Of a DNA stretch of 64,000 nucleotides, positions 40,119 through 52,299 are shown in pieces. A model generated the notes under the pieces. It worked only from the letters and a program-made list of their open reading frames with translations. It was not told where the DNA came from and did no database searches. The position numbers and the translations under genes were made by a program. How positions within the stretch are numbered: position 1 is the first letter of the stretch; every line of letters begins with the position of its first letter. Origin of the DNA: Adineta vaga (taxonomy: Eukaryota; Animalia; Rotifera); NCBI GenBank assembly GCA_021613535.1, contig CP075493.1:12338001-12402000 (forward strand), given 5' to 3'.

Positions 40119-40499
40119 ATGGTTTTCTGTTCATTTATTAAATCAAGATAGTGAAAAATAATATCCGAGAACATGAAGATAATGAAGTAATCGCATCATA
40201 AATGGTTTTCTGTTAATTTATTAAATCAAGATAGTGAAAAATAATATCCGAGAACATGAAGATAATGAAGTAATCGCATCATAAATGGTTTTCTGTTCAT
40301 TTATTAAATCAAGATAGTGAAAAATAATATCCGAGAACATGAAGATAATGAAGTAATCGCATCATAAATGGTTTTCTGTTAATTTATTAAATCAAGATAG
40401 TGAAAAATAATATCCGAGAACATGAAGATAATGAAGTAATCGCATCATAAATGAAGTAATCGCATCATAAATGAAGTACTCGCATAATAAATGAAGTAA
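40119..40499. repeat. Tandem repeat: four 83-bp units followed by extra copies of the terminal 20-bp subunit
   Basis: Units start at 40119, 40202, 40285 and 40368; then atgaagtaatcgcatcataa-type 20-mers at 40451, 40471 and a partial at 40491. Confidence 0.95.
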
Positions 40500-42024
40500 C
40501 AACAGCTTGTTTGTCGTATTTTTTATTGGTTCGTTAATTGTGTTTATCTAGCAGATGGTAAAAATAGGTTTCTATTAGTCTGTTAGATGTATATACTGTT
40601 CTATGTATTGTGTGAACATCAAAAAAATTATATTTTTGAATTTTTACGAGGCGTACAAAAAAAATCATGTGTGCTATGTAGATCCCTATATCTTCTAGTG
40701 ACAACGGGTTTGAATTTGTAAATTTAAATTAATTTTTCAGTCTGCTTGTCTTCAGGCTGAAGAGAAAAGGATTAAAGAGGTTACTATTCACATGAGAGAT
40801 TGATGAGAAATTCAATTGAGTTCAATAATTTAGTAGTAAAAATTAACGGAAAGTTACTATTATGACTATTCTTTGATATATTTCATTTTCAGAAATGTTA
40901 TTTTGAAGATCGTCAGTTCAAAAGAGCGATCCATTCAGGTCTTTTTCATAGAATATTCAAATGAAAGATTAAATTGATAATGATTTATCAAGTGAATACA
41001 AATTAGACAGATGTTTTATTTCAAATAATGCTTGGTATTCATAAATGAAGTTCGACCTTGCTATTTTAGATGTAATTGAAAAAGAGTGAGAAACAACGCT
41101 ACACTTGGCTATAGTTACACTTTGGTGAAACATTATTTCAGCAGACTAATTTCAGATTTAATTTCGTGTTCAAGTCGATCAGATCAGCTTTATTACGATG
41201 ATAATCTATATTTCAATTGATTTGTTTACAAAAGAATGAGAAAAATGGGATGACATTTGTCATGAAAAATTCTACGATGATTAGATTTCTAATGGAAGTT
41301 AGTAAGTTTTATAGCACTGACCGAAATCAGTCTTTTTCTCTCGATAATTATCGAGCAACATTAAATTTTTTATCAGTTTTATTGAATATGAAATAGAATC
41401 AATAGTTTTTAGTAAACGGATTACAATTGATCCTATCTCTTAAAACAAAAAACTAGATAGACTTACACGATTTGTCACGGATATGTACGTTTTCAGCACA
41501 TAGGGGTATGAATGTTAGACAGAATTTCTTAAACTTTTTTGTTTTGAATCTGATCAAATAGCATTTTCTGATTCAGTTTTTCACGCTGATTCAGAATATG
41601 ATATTAAAAGAAAATAACATGACAAATAATCTTAAGTTTTAACAGTTTTAGCAAAGGAAGCAAGATAGATGACATTTTCAGTCAATAAACGTATTTACCG
41701 TTTTTCTAAGCCAAACAGTGATCAAATCGAAATAATTTATATATATTCGTAATTAGCGTTTCATTCTCTATCAAACCATATATAAACGAACGAGAAAAAA
41801 AATCCACTGAAATTTTGCATTAGTGGCACCTTATATATGCAGTGTATTTGTTCAAGAATACACTCGATACAATGAATACAAAGTAAATATGAAGCACACA
41901 TTTTTCTTCATGCACGTCTTACACTCATAAGTTACTTCTACACATTTTTTTTCGAATCAGTTTGTCAGAGTTGATAACGATACCTATGTTTTTTTTATTA
42001 CTGTGACTGATAACAATTGAAAAC

Positions 42025-44503
42025 ATGGCTAATGCATCCACAGAACAACATAAGAATACACGTTGCGTTACTAATGATACTTTACAAGCATTAAATCTTA
42101 AAACAGATAATAATCTCGACGAATATATTGTAATTATCGTGGGCATTCATGATCGTCAGTATTTATTTCAAAATCTCCCAACACTTATTGGTAACGGTCG
42201 AGTACGATCATTTGATGATATTAAAACTACCCAAGCAAATATTTCTACACTTGAGAATATAGATATTTTCTTAATTATTTCCGGTACATTAGGAAAAGAT
42301 CATGTTGCTGAATTGATTGTTGAACAAAAAATTCTCGGTGTTTATATCTATTGTATGGATGAGAATACACATACACAATGGGCAAAAGAAGTTGAAAAGA
42401 TTCGATGTATCGTATCAAATGCCACACAATTACTTAAGCAACTTCATGGTGATATTAAACAATTAAGTGGACGATGGCCTTTGAACGAAAAATCTTTTCA
42501 AAAAGCTCTAATACATACTTCTCAATGGTATCATTTATTTCTTATTGTTATCTGTAATCAATCTTTAAATATTGAAAATTCATATAAAGAGATGTTCGAT
42601 GACTGTCGCGCCTATTATCGAAATAATTCTCGTATGATTGAACGAATTAATCAACTGGAACAAAACTATACTGCTTGTAATGCAATTCGCGAATATACAT
42701 GCGACGGTTTTCTTTATCGTATCGTTAATCACGCTTTACGTACAAGGAATATGGAAATTATTATAAAATACAGTCCTTTCATTCGAGATTTACATTGCCA
42801 GTTATATCAGCATCATGAAAAATATTATCGTTCAAAAGAACAATCGATTCGATCTGTATATCGAGGTCAAAGTTTAAGTTTAGATGAACTTAACTACCTT
42901 CAGTCGATTTGTCAATCAAAAAGACCTATCATAACATTTACGACGTTTTCTTCGACATCACTTGATCCTGAAGTAGCAATGAATTTTACATTTTCTGATC
43001 CAGATCGAGTTCCTTGTTTATTCGAAATAATCATTACTGATGCATATAACATCGAACATCAACATATGATAGATCATGAACAAATATTCGCAGATATTTC
43101 CGCCTTATCTGTTATGCCAGAAGAAAAAGAAGTACTTTTTTCGCTTAAAACACATTTTCGTGTCAAACATGTTGAATATCCTCCCAATCATTCGTATCGT
43201 TCTTGGGCAACGGTGACATTAGAACTTATCTCGGATAAAATGGGGAAATGTAGTTATAATTATTTTGATATTGTGAAGGCAGTCCAACGAGAAACAAATC
43301 CACAAATCTATCATGATATTTTACATTTATTAAAAGAAAATGCCAAGGATGAACTGAACGATAAAAGTACAAATTGGGATAAATGGTGGAGTACCTTATC
43401 TAGGAAATGGGGGACCGACGAAGCACGTACGGCTCCATTGCTTTTAACAATGTATAGTTCTTTTACTGACAATCCTGGTTGGTCGAGAAAAGCAATTGAA
43501 ATGCACAAAGACATTCTACATACTCATTCCGACATTCATTTACACCGTTCATCTTTTTCTCTTTTATTTAAAAAATATAAACACTGGCAGAAAACACCGA
43601 CAAAATGGTTAGCTCTATATGAAGATTACTTAGAAGAATTCTGTAAAACGAATACAAAGGAAGTGATACAATGTATGAGTTTCGCTGCACAAACTTATCT
43701 AATGATTGCTGATAAGGAAAATGCTATAAAATGTTATGGACAAGTGTTAAATATGAACTTCGATGACAAAATACAACGGCAAATAAATAATTTGAATAAA
43801 GCGAAGTTAAACATTTCAACAACAGATCATGAGAATATAACAATGGTACAAACTAGTAGCGGAACGACGATAAAAGCGCGTTTAGAGAAGCTTTTACGCC
43901 ATCTTGAACAATGCCAACAATGGTACGATGCCGTTGATGCCAAAATTCTATTTTGCATACAAGAAAATAGTACTGATGGACTATCAGTTAATGATTATCG
44001 ATTGCATTTCATTTCTGCTGTAAGAAGACATCTATTATTGTCTTATCGAATAACAGATGCAACGAATAATGAACATCTTACCCTTTGGCGTTATGAAAAA
44101 TACATGCGTGAATGGATTTTATTCAAAGCATTAGCGAATTATTTGAAACGGCATGAAACGAAATCAATCTCTTCTCAAAAAAATTGTCTCTCAATTAAAT
44201 CAACTGTCGAAAAAACTTAGCGTACTCGTTACTCTATGTATTTTATACATATGTTACAAACCACATGATAATACAGTTGATCTTATGAAAATTCAATTTA
44301 TGAATCCAATAGATATAAAATTAAAACAATTGGAATTTTTTGACCTTGACGATGCTAATTTACAAGCTGATCTGAAAGTATTTGTAGAAAAAACTCCAGT
44401 GACCTCCACAACTACCATCGTCAATGAAGATGAATGGAAATATACAAGTACAGATGAACCATCGATCGCCGATTCCATAGAACAATATTTATGGACGACC
44501 TAG
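42025..44503 (+). CDS. R-S-E-clade ADP-ribosyltransferase domain protein with a helical C-terminus; frameshift near 44160 truncates the C-terminus
   Basis: IFLIISG..G...VYIYC N-terminal domain; YTCDGFLYRIVNHALR; VYRGQ; TFSSTS; PEEKEVLF; the overlapping ORF 44153-44503 looks like the shifted continuation. Confidence 0.8.
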
Positions 44504-44899
44504 AATTTTTACTTAAATAGAACAGTTCCTTTCATATATTTTATCTGATAAAGTGAGAGCAATTGGTATGGCACCTTAACTATGCTAGAAGTATAGTATG
44601 AAGGATGAATTTGTAGAACAATGTTAATAGTCGGTGAAAGGAATAATTGAATTTTAAATGAATGTATAGGCAAAGTGTAAGCAGTACGAATATTAATTAT
44701 ATTCCCACTTTAGTTGGTTATTCCCAACACCACTCGATGCCACATAGAAAAAGAATCGAATTTCTGTATGCGTTAAAAACATTGCTTTTTCTTTTTCTTC
44801 CTTCTTCTCTGACGGTAACAGACAGTCACACGTGTTTTTCCCCATTACTCCAGTAATGAAAGTGTAGAAAAAAAACGACGTTTCGTTTTATTTGTCACT

Positions 44900-45811
44900 A
44901 TGATGAATACCACTAGCCAATGTTCGAAAACATCTTTTGTACAGCAATTAAATCAACTTCTAGTTGATCATGATGATTTAAAGCACTCTATAAATTTTCA
45001 AGACAATTCGTCTCTAAAAGTTATCGATGAATGGGAACAGCAATCGATTGAAAAGATTCAACGAACAGCAAACGATCATCGACAAGACTTTAAAATGAAA
45101 ACAGAAAAGTATAAAGATCATTTACTAAAACGATCAAACGATTTGTATGAAGAATTGATGAAAGCACAAAAAAGTAATGATCTCATGGAAAGTGATTTAA
45201 AAAATTGGTCAAATAAACTTGATAAACTTAGAATTTCTATTCAATCTCCACCAAAGATGACAATTCAAAACAATGAATTCATCTCAAAACTTTCTATTCA
45301 TGTATTTCCTAATGATATATTTGATATTTCTGCAGGTGATTTACAAATTATAAATCATGGACAAACTGTTATTCATGGTTCATCTGTTTCTCATGCAGTT
45401 GTACGTGGTAGTGAAGAATATAGTACTGGTAAACATCATTTTCATTTTCGTATTGAATCATTCAATAATAATAAATGGCTATTTTTTGGTATTATATCAA
45501 ATAAAAGTATTTTACAGTCACATACTTGGGCAATACCATCATGTTACGGATGGGGAGGTCAAGATTCAGCTATTCTCAATTGTGCAATGCATTCTCGTCT
45601 TAATGGTTATGTATGTGATTTTGAATTAAATGATATTATTGAATTGATACTTGATTGTGATATGAAATTGATTTCTCTCGCAAATCAACGTACAAAATGT
45701 ATATATACAATGAACATTGATATTAATAAATGTCCTTTTCCGTGGCATTTTATTCTTAATCTTTTCTATCCGAATGATCAGGTGTGTATTTTATATAGAG
45801 ATACTTTATAA
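44900..45811 (+). CDS. Coiled-coil + SPRY/B30.2-like protein (TRIM-like, no RING or B-box)
   Basis: IDEWEQQSIEKIQRTA coiled coil; YSTGKHHFHFRIE, WLFFGII, CYGWGG, NDIIELILDC and PFPWHFILNL. Confidence 0.75.
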   Translation: MMNTTSQCSKTSFVQQLNQLLVDHDDLKHSINFQDNSSLKVIDEWEQQSIEKIQRTANDHRQDFKMKTEKYKDHLLKRSNDLYEELMKAQKSNDLMESDLKNWSNKLDKLRISIQSPPKMTIQNNEFISKLSIHVFPNDIFDISAGDLQIINHGQTVIHGSSVSHAVVRGSEEYSTGKHHFHFRIESFNNNKWLFFGIISNKSILQSHTWAIPSCYGWGGQDSAILNCAMHSRLNGYVCDFELNDIIELILDCDMKLISLANQRTKCIYTMNIDINKCPFPWHFILNLFYPNDQVCILYRDTL

Positions 45812-45904
45812 AATAAATGAATTTTTTCAAAGAAAACAAAACCCTTGAATCATTCCTTGCTTACGAAGATTCGTTACATTATAAGATCAACGCATATATC
45901 TATG

Positions 45905-46190
45905 TCTTGAGGGTGTGGTGTGGGTGGTCAATATTGAATACTTGCTTTCAAACAATCCTTATTTTTATTTTTATTGGATTAATGTCGAAACAATTTATTC
46001 TATCGAACGGCAACGATGCATACATTTTAATTCTTCTTCTAGCTATTTCTTATAAACGTCAGATAGCTATGACTAGACATTTATTAGTATATGAAATACC
46101 TTCTACAGTTTTGACTTCTCCGTTTATGGGTTTTTTAACTGATCCAGAACTATTTAAACGTCATAATGTACCACACCCACACCCTCAAGA
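45905..46190. repeat. Inverted pair of capped telomere-like arms about 250 bp apart
   Basis: Left tcttgagggtgtggtgtggg; right ccacacccacaccctcaaga, whose reverse complement is tcttgagggtgtgggtgtgg (one indel). Confidence 0.85.
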
Positions 46191-46260
46191 TGACATGAGA
46201 ATTGAATAATTTTATTGGTTCATTTTTGTCTACCTTTTGCTCAAATATCATTGACAAACG
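45924..46260 (+). pseudogene. C-terminal remnant of a DUF1275 (YoaK-like) membrane protein
   Basis: WSILNTCFQTILIFI...LILLLAIS..RQIAMTRHLLVYEIPSTVLTSPFMGFLTDPELFKRHNV resembles the fungal DUF1275 QxxxxRxLxxxEIPTxxLTSxxxDxxxDPxLF..N pattern; FIGSFLSTF follows the right arm. Confidence 0.6.
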
Positions 46261-46988
46261 GTATATGTATGATAATGATTAATGCTGGTTGCCTGACTTC
46301 TCTAAACTATACACACGACGATATCTGATTGTCAAGTTATTAATCAAATATGATTTAGTTGATATCTTTATCTTATAAATATAGTTTCGATAGATTAATT
46401 TCAGTAAACTGTAAATTATCAATAAATGAATAAATAAAATAAATATTTAAAAATTAGAATAACATCCACATCTACCGCATGTCCATAAGAAGTAGAAACT
46501 AATGATCATAATTTCGAAATGCTTCGAAATATGTTTATAACAACGAATAAAATAATCATTATTATTATCTTCAACTGAAATTCGAGATTTCCATTGTTTT
46601 GGAATAAAAAATGGTAACACTCAAAATCTTTAATTGACGTGAGATTTTTAAAAGAATAAACTCTCCATCTGATTAACGGTTTTCTTAGTTCGTAACTTCA
46701 CAGAATAAGATGATAAATGAAGATTGTTTTGTTTGCTTTTCAATCGAGACATATCATTATTTGTACGCAACGCAACTATAGCTTTGAAATTGAGAATGAT
46801 TGGATACAGGTCACATCAGTTATCTATAAAACTAACGCCATCTATTTATCTGTATATATTTCGTTTCTTTCGTTGTCACACATGACGAAAGAAAGCTATG
46901 CTTGACTGATCTATTCGTTTTTTATATAATCCAACAAAACACGTTTATTATCGTTATAAACGACATATAGTTTCTTTCTACTTTGATC

Positions 46989-47216
46989 ATGGTACTAATC
47001 GCTCCATGGTATTGTGATGGTTGTGGTCGAACCAATGGTCTGACTCGATATCAATGTCAACATTGTCGAGGATTTAATACATATGATCTATGTGATCAAT
47101 GTATACTACATGCATCGACATTACATCCCTATCATACATTTCAATTGGTACAACAAGCAGGAAATGGTGTGGGAAATTGGGCCGGAGGCGGACAACAGTT
47201 AGCCGTACAGTATTAA
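46989..47216 (+). CDS. Small ZZ-type zinc-finger protein
   Basis: CDGC...RYQCQHC...YDLCDQC.......HPYHTF. Confidence 0.8.
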   Translation: MVLIAPWYCDGCGRTNGLTRYQCQHCRGFNTYDLCDQCILHASTLHPYHTFQLVQQAGNGVGNWAGGGQQLAVQY

Positions 47217-47783
47217 AACTCAAGTTTCTAATGACTATTCATACGCTTTTCGACAAGCTATTTTTTGAAATAAATCTGTGATATAAAAAAATTAGTTTTT
47301 ATAAGTCAGTGAAACAAAGCTTTGATAGTTTCGAGGAAAACATGTCTGTTAAATAGTTGATACTATAAACTAGCAAATAGAAACATTTTTTCATATATAT
47401 GTTCAGTTATAGTATAAAAAATATTTCAAGTCCATATTAATATAAGCAAGGTTTTACTCGTGTATACAATCCATAACTTTACGTGGAAATCATTCTTTGT
47501 TTAAGTAACAAAATTATTCAGCGATTATTACATGAACTTTTTACCTCTTCGATCAAATACCGGTAAATAAATCAATTGAATTAAATTCTTTTAATAATAT
47601 ACTAAGACATATGTATCGTTCATCTATGTATACAGAAAGAAATAACTTTATCAATTAACTCAACAAGCAACTTGGGTTGCGAAAAAATTACATCTCATTT
47701 AATTGATGCATATACTCGACTTCGATTTTATCATCTATCGCTCATCTTTGTTATTAAATCAATATTGAGATAGTCAAAGTTAT

Positions 47784-48876
47784 TTATGAACTATAGTCGA
47801 TAATATATGTGCCAACTTGAATTTGATCAATAGGTTTTTTCTGTTCAGAAATTGTACGAATCTCGACAGGTGTAAGCCAACGACTCCAAATGGAAAGATC
47901 AGCCATTCGACCATGAAATGGATCTTGTCCATCTTCATTTTTAGCTCCTAATGTCAATGTATATGGTGTATGTCGTCGTTCCCTATCCCAATGTCGTTTT
48001 TGTGATTCCGAAAGTTCTCTACGCCAAGAAGCAGCGATGTTTTTCGGCGTAGTCATATCGGTTTGTCCACAAAATCTTCCGTTGATCCAAACTTCTTGTT
48101 TATCACGACTATGACGAGTAACAATATGATACCATTTTTCTTCTTCTAATCGTTCATAAGTCGAACAATAAAATGAACATTGATTATCAGAAACAATAGC
48201 TTCCGAAAGAACAGTATTGTAATGATCGATACACATTAAAATCCAATTCTTATTTATATCATGTTGCCAAGCACATAAAAACATTTGCCATGGTGCATGA
48301 TAAATTGGATCGCTGAGTGGATATGGATGATTAATACCTTTACCATTACTCACTGGTGGTTTTTTTAATGAATGTTGATGTAATGATTGACGATCTAAAA
48401 TGAAATCATTTACTTCTTGTCTATCTACGCATATAGTAACAGTAATGATGTGTACCTGGCGAAAGCCAAAGTGAAATTGAAAAATAATCGATTTGATATT
48501 CTGATTTATCATGAACAGTGAAATTTAATCTTGTTCGACCATCAAATTCAATACATTTGTGGAAATATTCACAATCTCTGATTGCTAATGATGGTTGTGC
48601 ATGTCCATAACTTGTTAGATAGTAATTTGGTTTTACCAAACTTGAATCTTTGCCAATATCGTTTTCATCATCGAATTTCCAATAACCAATTAGATTTCGA
48701 TGAGATCGATCATAACGAAAACGTTGTTGAAAATATTTGTTAAGAAAGTATTCATCGTATATAATGAGTCGAAATCGTTTACACAAACTTGATACTCGAA
48801 GTAAATCGGAAAAGGAATTGATTTCAATAAAGATCTTTTGTAATAATTCAGATGGAAAACTTGAGAAATTCTCCAT
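47784..48876 (-). CDS. F-box + LamG/concanavalin A-like domain protein, 2 exons
   Basis: F-box FPSELLQKIF...LLRVSSLCKRF; LIGYWKFDD, IEFDG, FSISLW, KWYHIV, VWING and FHGRMADLSIWSRWLTPVEI; intron 48395-48455 joins the two ORFs in frame. Confidence 0.85.
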
Positions 48877-49740
48877 GTTTTACGCTGTTAATTTCGTCCT
48901 ATCTAAATTGTAAGAGATGCAATAGGCAATAACAAAAAGGTCGACAGCGTTTTTTGTTTTTCTTTTGACATTTTATTTTATATTTATGCAAATAATACCG
49001 AAGCACATGTTGGTAAAACAGAATGGAAAGGAAGAAAAAAGATGAATATGAATAATCTTCACTTTATTTTTTTATCGCTTGTATATTGATTCTTTTTTTT
49101 CTATGGACTTGCATAACTCAATTGAAATTATTTAGTTCTTTAAAATGAGTAATTATTGAAGTTAAAATGATAATAAAATGTTGATGGTCGCGAGTACTAT
49201 CGTGACAAGATAGAATGAACTATATAGCACTGTAGTAAGTTCTACTGTGAGATCAAATATAAACATGAGGTCTTTGTGAAACGTCACGAGAGCAAGCTGA
49301 CAGTTTTACATCGCAGTAGCTCTGTATCAATTCGTTTGATGACATATCATCTTTTCTTTGGTTTAATACAACATGAGTGTGATTGAAAATAAACGAGAGA
49401 AAATTTTTCTCACTCTTTTATTATATATTACATTGTTTTCTTGCTAATCTGATAGGACCACAGACAGTCGAAAGCTGTTATGCTGGGGTTTTAAATACAA
49501 TTATACTTCACCAGGCTATTCATCATCAACTAGACAACTCTCACAACTCATTTGGCGTGCTTCAACATAATTGGCGTTGCTATAGCGTATACCAACGATA
49601 GTAAAGTTGCCTATTTTGTAGTAAATTATTATTCTCACGCGGGAACATAAACATTGAATAACATTGCTCAAATCGTATCTTCAATCAAAGTCGATATCTA
49701 AATTTCTTGAAGATGAGAGTGTTACTTCTTCCATCGTTTC

Positions 49741-49770
49741 TCACACTCCTACTCTCATCCTTAAAAGATG
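49741..49770 (+). repeat. Degenerate capped telomere-like C-rich arm
   Basis: tcacactcctactctcatccttaaaagatg resembles cacactctcaccctcaagatg. Confidence 0.3.
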
Positions 49771-49855
49771 TGATTATATAGTCGAAGTTTATTTTTATTG
49801 TAATTGAAACAATAAAACTTAAGAATTAATGAGCAATTCGTGTTGATCTTGCTAT

Positions 49856-50791
49856 TTAACGAAGATTTTGACCGGTTATTGTCACTATTCCAGGTCGAAC
49901 ACGCTTGTTTCGTTGCCAAAATGCTAATAAATTTCGGCATTTTATTTTCAAGTCAGGCACTGATGTTATACTTGCAAATGGAGTGAATAGTATTACCCAT
50001 AAACTAAGATCTAACATATCATTGTAATAATCAGCTGCAACATCCGATGATACTCCAGATAGATAAGCAACATTTTATACCATTGGTGGAGCTGCTAAAA
50101 TCATATATACCAGTGATATAGATAATAATTGAAGAGCCATTTTCCGATAATTTCTCCAATCAATTCTTCGATGAACATGATATCGTTGATAGACAACACG
50201 TATGAAAAGAGTAATACTAAAAAGAACAATGATAAATGCTGGTGCCATGTAATGTGCAATGCTATCAAACATTGCAATCCATGGAATAACATTCACACAT
50301 ACATAATGTCCACATAATCTTCTATGATAATCAAATGGTACATCACATGGAATAATAAAAAGCATAATAAAATAAAATATTAATGACCATAAACTTACTA
50401 AAATTAACGGAAGATAATGAAAGAAAAAACGTTTTCTTGTTGTTATCAATAGATTTGGATGAAAAATTAGAATATGTCTTTCAATCGATGCCCAAGACAT
50501 TTGTAATGAAACAGATACGAATAGAGATGAATCAATAAATGCCCATGTAAGACAAAATTCAGGTGTTGACGATAGAGCAGTACCAGTACGATAATATTGA
50601 ATAAACCATACGGTATCGGTAAGTTGTAATATAAGACCAAATAAAAGCATAACAATAATAACATGATTGTTTAGTGCTGTACGTAAGGCTCGATTTTTTA
50701 GAAGATAATAAAGAATAAAAATAGTGAATAGAAACGAAGGAATCAATGGAATGATGTGTAACCATAAGAATCCAGTCTTTGAAAGTGCCAT
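49856..50791 (-). pseudogene. Class A-like GPCR with a premature TAA in TM6
   Basis: WASIERHILIFH and IDWRNYRKM; TAA at 50077-50075, after which the same frame continues NVAYLSG...LWVILFTPFASITSVP to a stop at 49856. Confidence 0.8.
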
Positions 50792-52299
50792 TGTACAAAC
50801 GTAGAAAATATACACTGACTATTCCAGTAACGAAGATATTATATATTTATTCAAGAAAAGTAACTTTACGAACTTCTTTTTTTCTTTCCACAAAATCAAT
50901 CCTTATAATGGATGGAATCCTTCTGTGTTACTGAATTCTTTTCTCCTAATACTTTTTTCTTGACAGCTACATGAGTTAATATGGCCTCCAACTGAAGATT
51001 TGTTTTTTAAAAATAGAGTGTCTTAGAGAAATGAATATTGCCAAAAACGCCAAATCTTTTACCGGTAAGTAATAGCCCAGTTTTCAATCAAAACAGTTCT
51101 TGTTTAATATTTTCTCCTATACAATCGTAATCAAATCAATACAGAGCTCTCATAAGCACAAGAGAACAGTCACATATGAAGTATCGTTGTTCTACTTCTA
51201 GCAATACAACAACAAAATCATAGAAAAATGGAGAAAAATTATTGTAATCTTGAAGTTGAATCTAAACTATAGAGATGACGTTCAGTACTTTCATTATTTG
51301 ATCTATTTTCAGGAAAGAAAGCACGAAGATACCGAATATTACTATGTTACGCTTTAAGTTAGATAGATTCTGAAGATTCCTGTATTTTGAGGAGAAATTG
51401 TCGATTCACATGTAAGATAGAGTTAATATAAGTTCGTGTTCGATTTTATGCTCGAAACTCAAATCGATTGAGATTAAGAGCCAAATGAAACAGGATATGA
51501 TGCCCTATATTCTTATTTTAAGTACATTAAACACTTTTATGTCGGAAATGTGATTACATCTTTTTCTGTCTACGAAGTTTTTATGACTTATAGAAAAGTA
51601 TAATTTCTAATCAGCTTACTGTAAATATAAGTATTTTGAAGAAATTCTATGTTTAGATCTTAACTCTGGAAGTGTAGATATGAATTAGGCAAGAATATAA
51701 AATCATATTGTTACACTCACTCACATAAAACTGTCCCTTCGAAATATTTGATTTTATAGTGACATGGATGACTGTTAAAATAAAAACAAAACTATAGATC
51801 GAATAACAAATATATTTGCTTTTACTTTATTCACATTTCTTTTTTATCAACATTGCTATTTTTCAGATGCTAAACAAAATATATACGTTCCATCAATTTG
51901 CTTGTGCGAACTTTCTCATTTTTGTTATAAAAAATCTTATGAAATATGTGTTGAAAGTGATCATTGCCTTACATCAAAACATTAATCAACATTGGGCATG
52001 AAGTAGACGACAGGTGGAAATGAATGCACTCGTACCTGATGAACATAGCACTCTCACCTACATCCTACTTGATCTTGTGATTATTGATTTTTAGTGATAA
52101 GATAATTGATTATTCAAATATGAGAATTTGCGACTGTACTGATTTAGTGTGGTAAGTTGCGTAAGGCAAAGCAAATTGGTTAAACCATCCAAAATACAAG
52201 GTTTATTCAATGAATAATAGAAGTCTGTTAGCAAAATACAGTATATTTTTTAGCAAAACAATAGAAAATGACATAATAAAATATAAAATACGACCTCTA

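Noticed and set aside
40119-40499. CRISPR array
   Set aside because: Units are contiguous near-identical copies with no unique spacers, there are no cas genes and the context is eukaryotic.
41340-41355. Perfect 16-bp palindrome ctcgataattatcgag
   Set aside because: A single occurrence in AT-rich DNA; plausible by chance and without supporting context.
41480-41835. DNA-transposon/MITE end (...tagtggcacctta; similar ggcaccttaa near 44570)
   Set aside because: No matching inverted left end or TSD was found in the window.
45817-46209. 130-aa ORF as an intact membrane protein
   Set aside because: It is a composite of flanking DNA, telomere-like arms (VWCGW, PHPHPQD) and a DUF1275-like fragment.
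48421-48512. Frameshift in the F-box-LamG gene
   Set aside because: Resolved by a 61-nt GT-AG intron (48395-48455).
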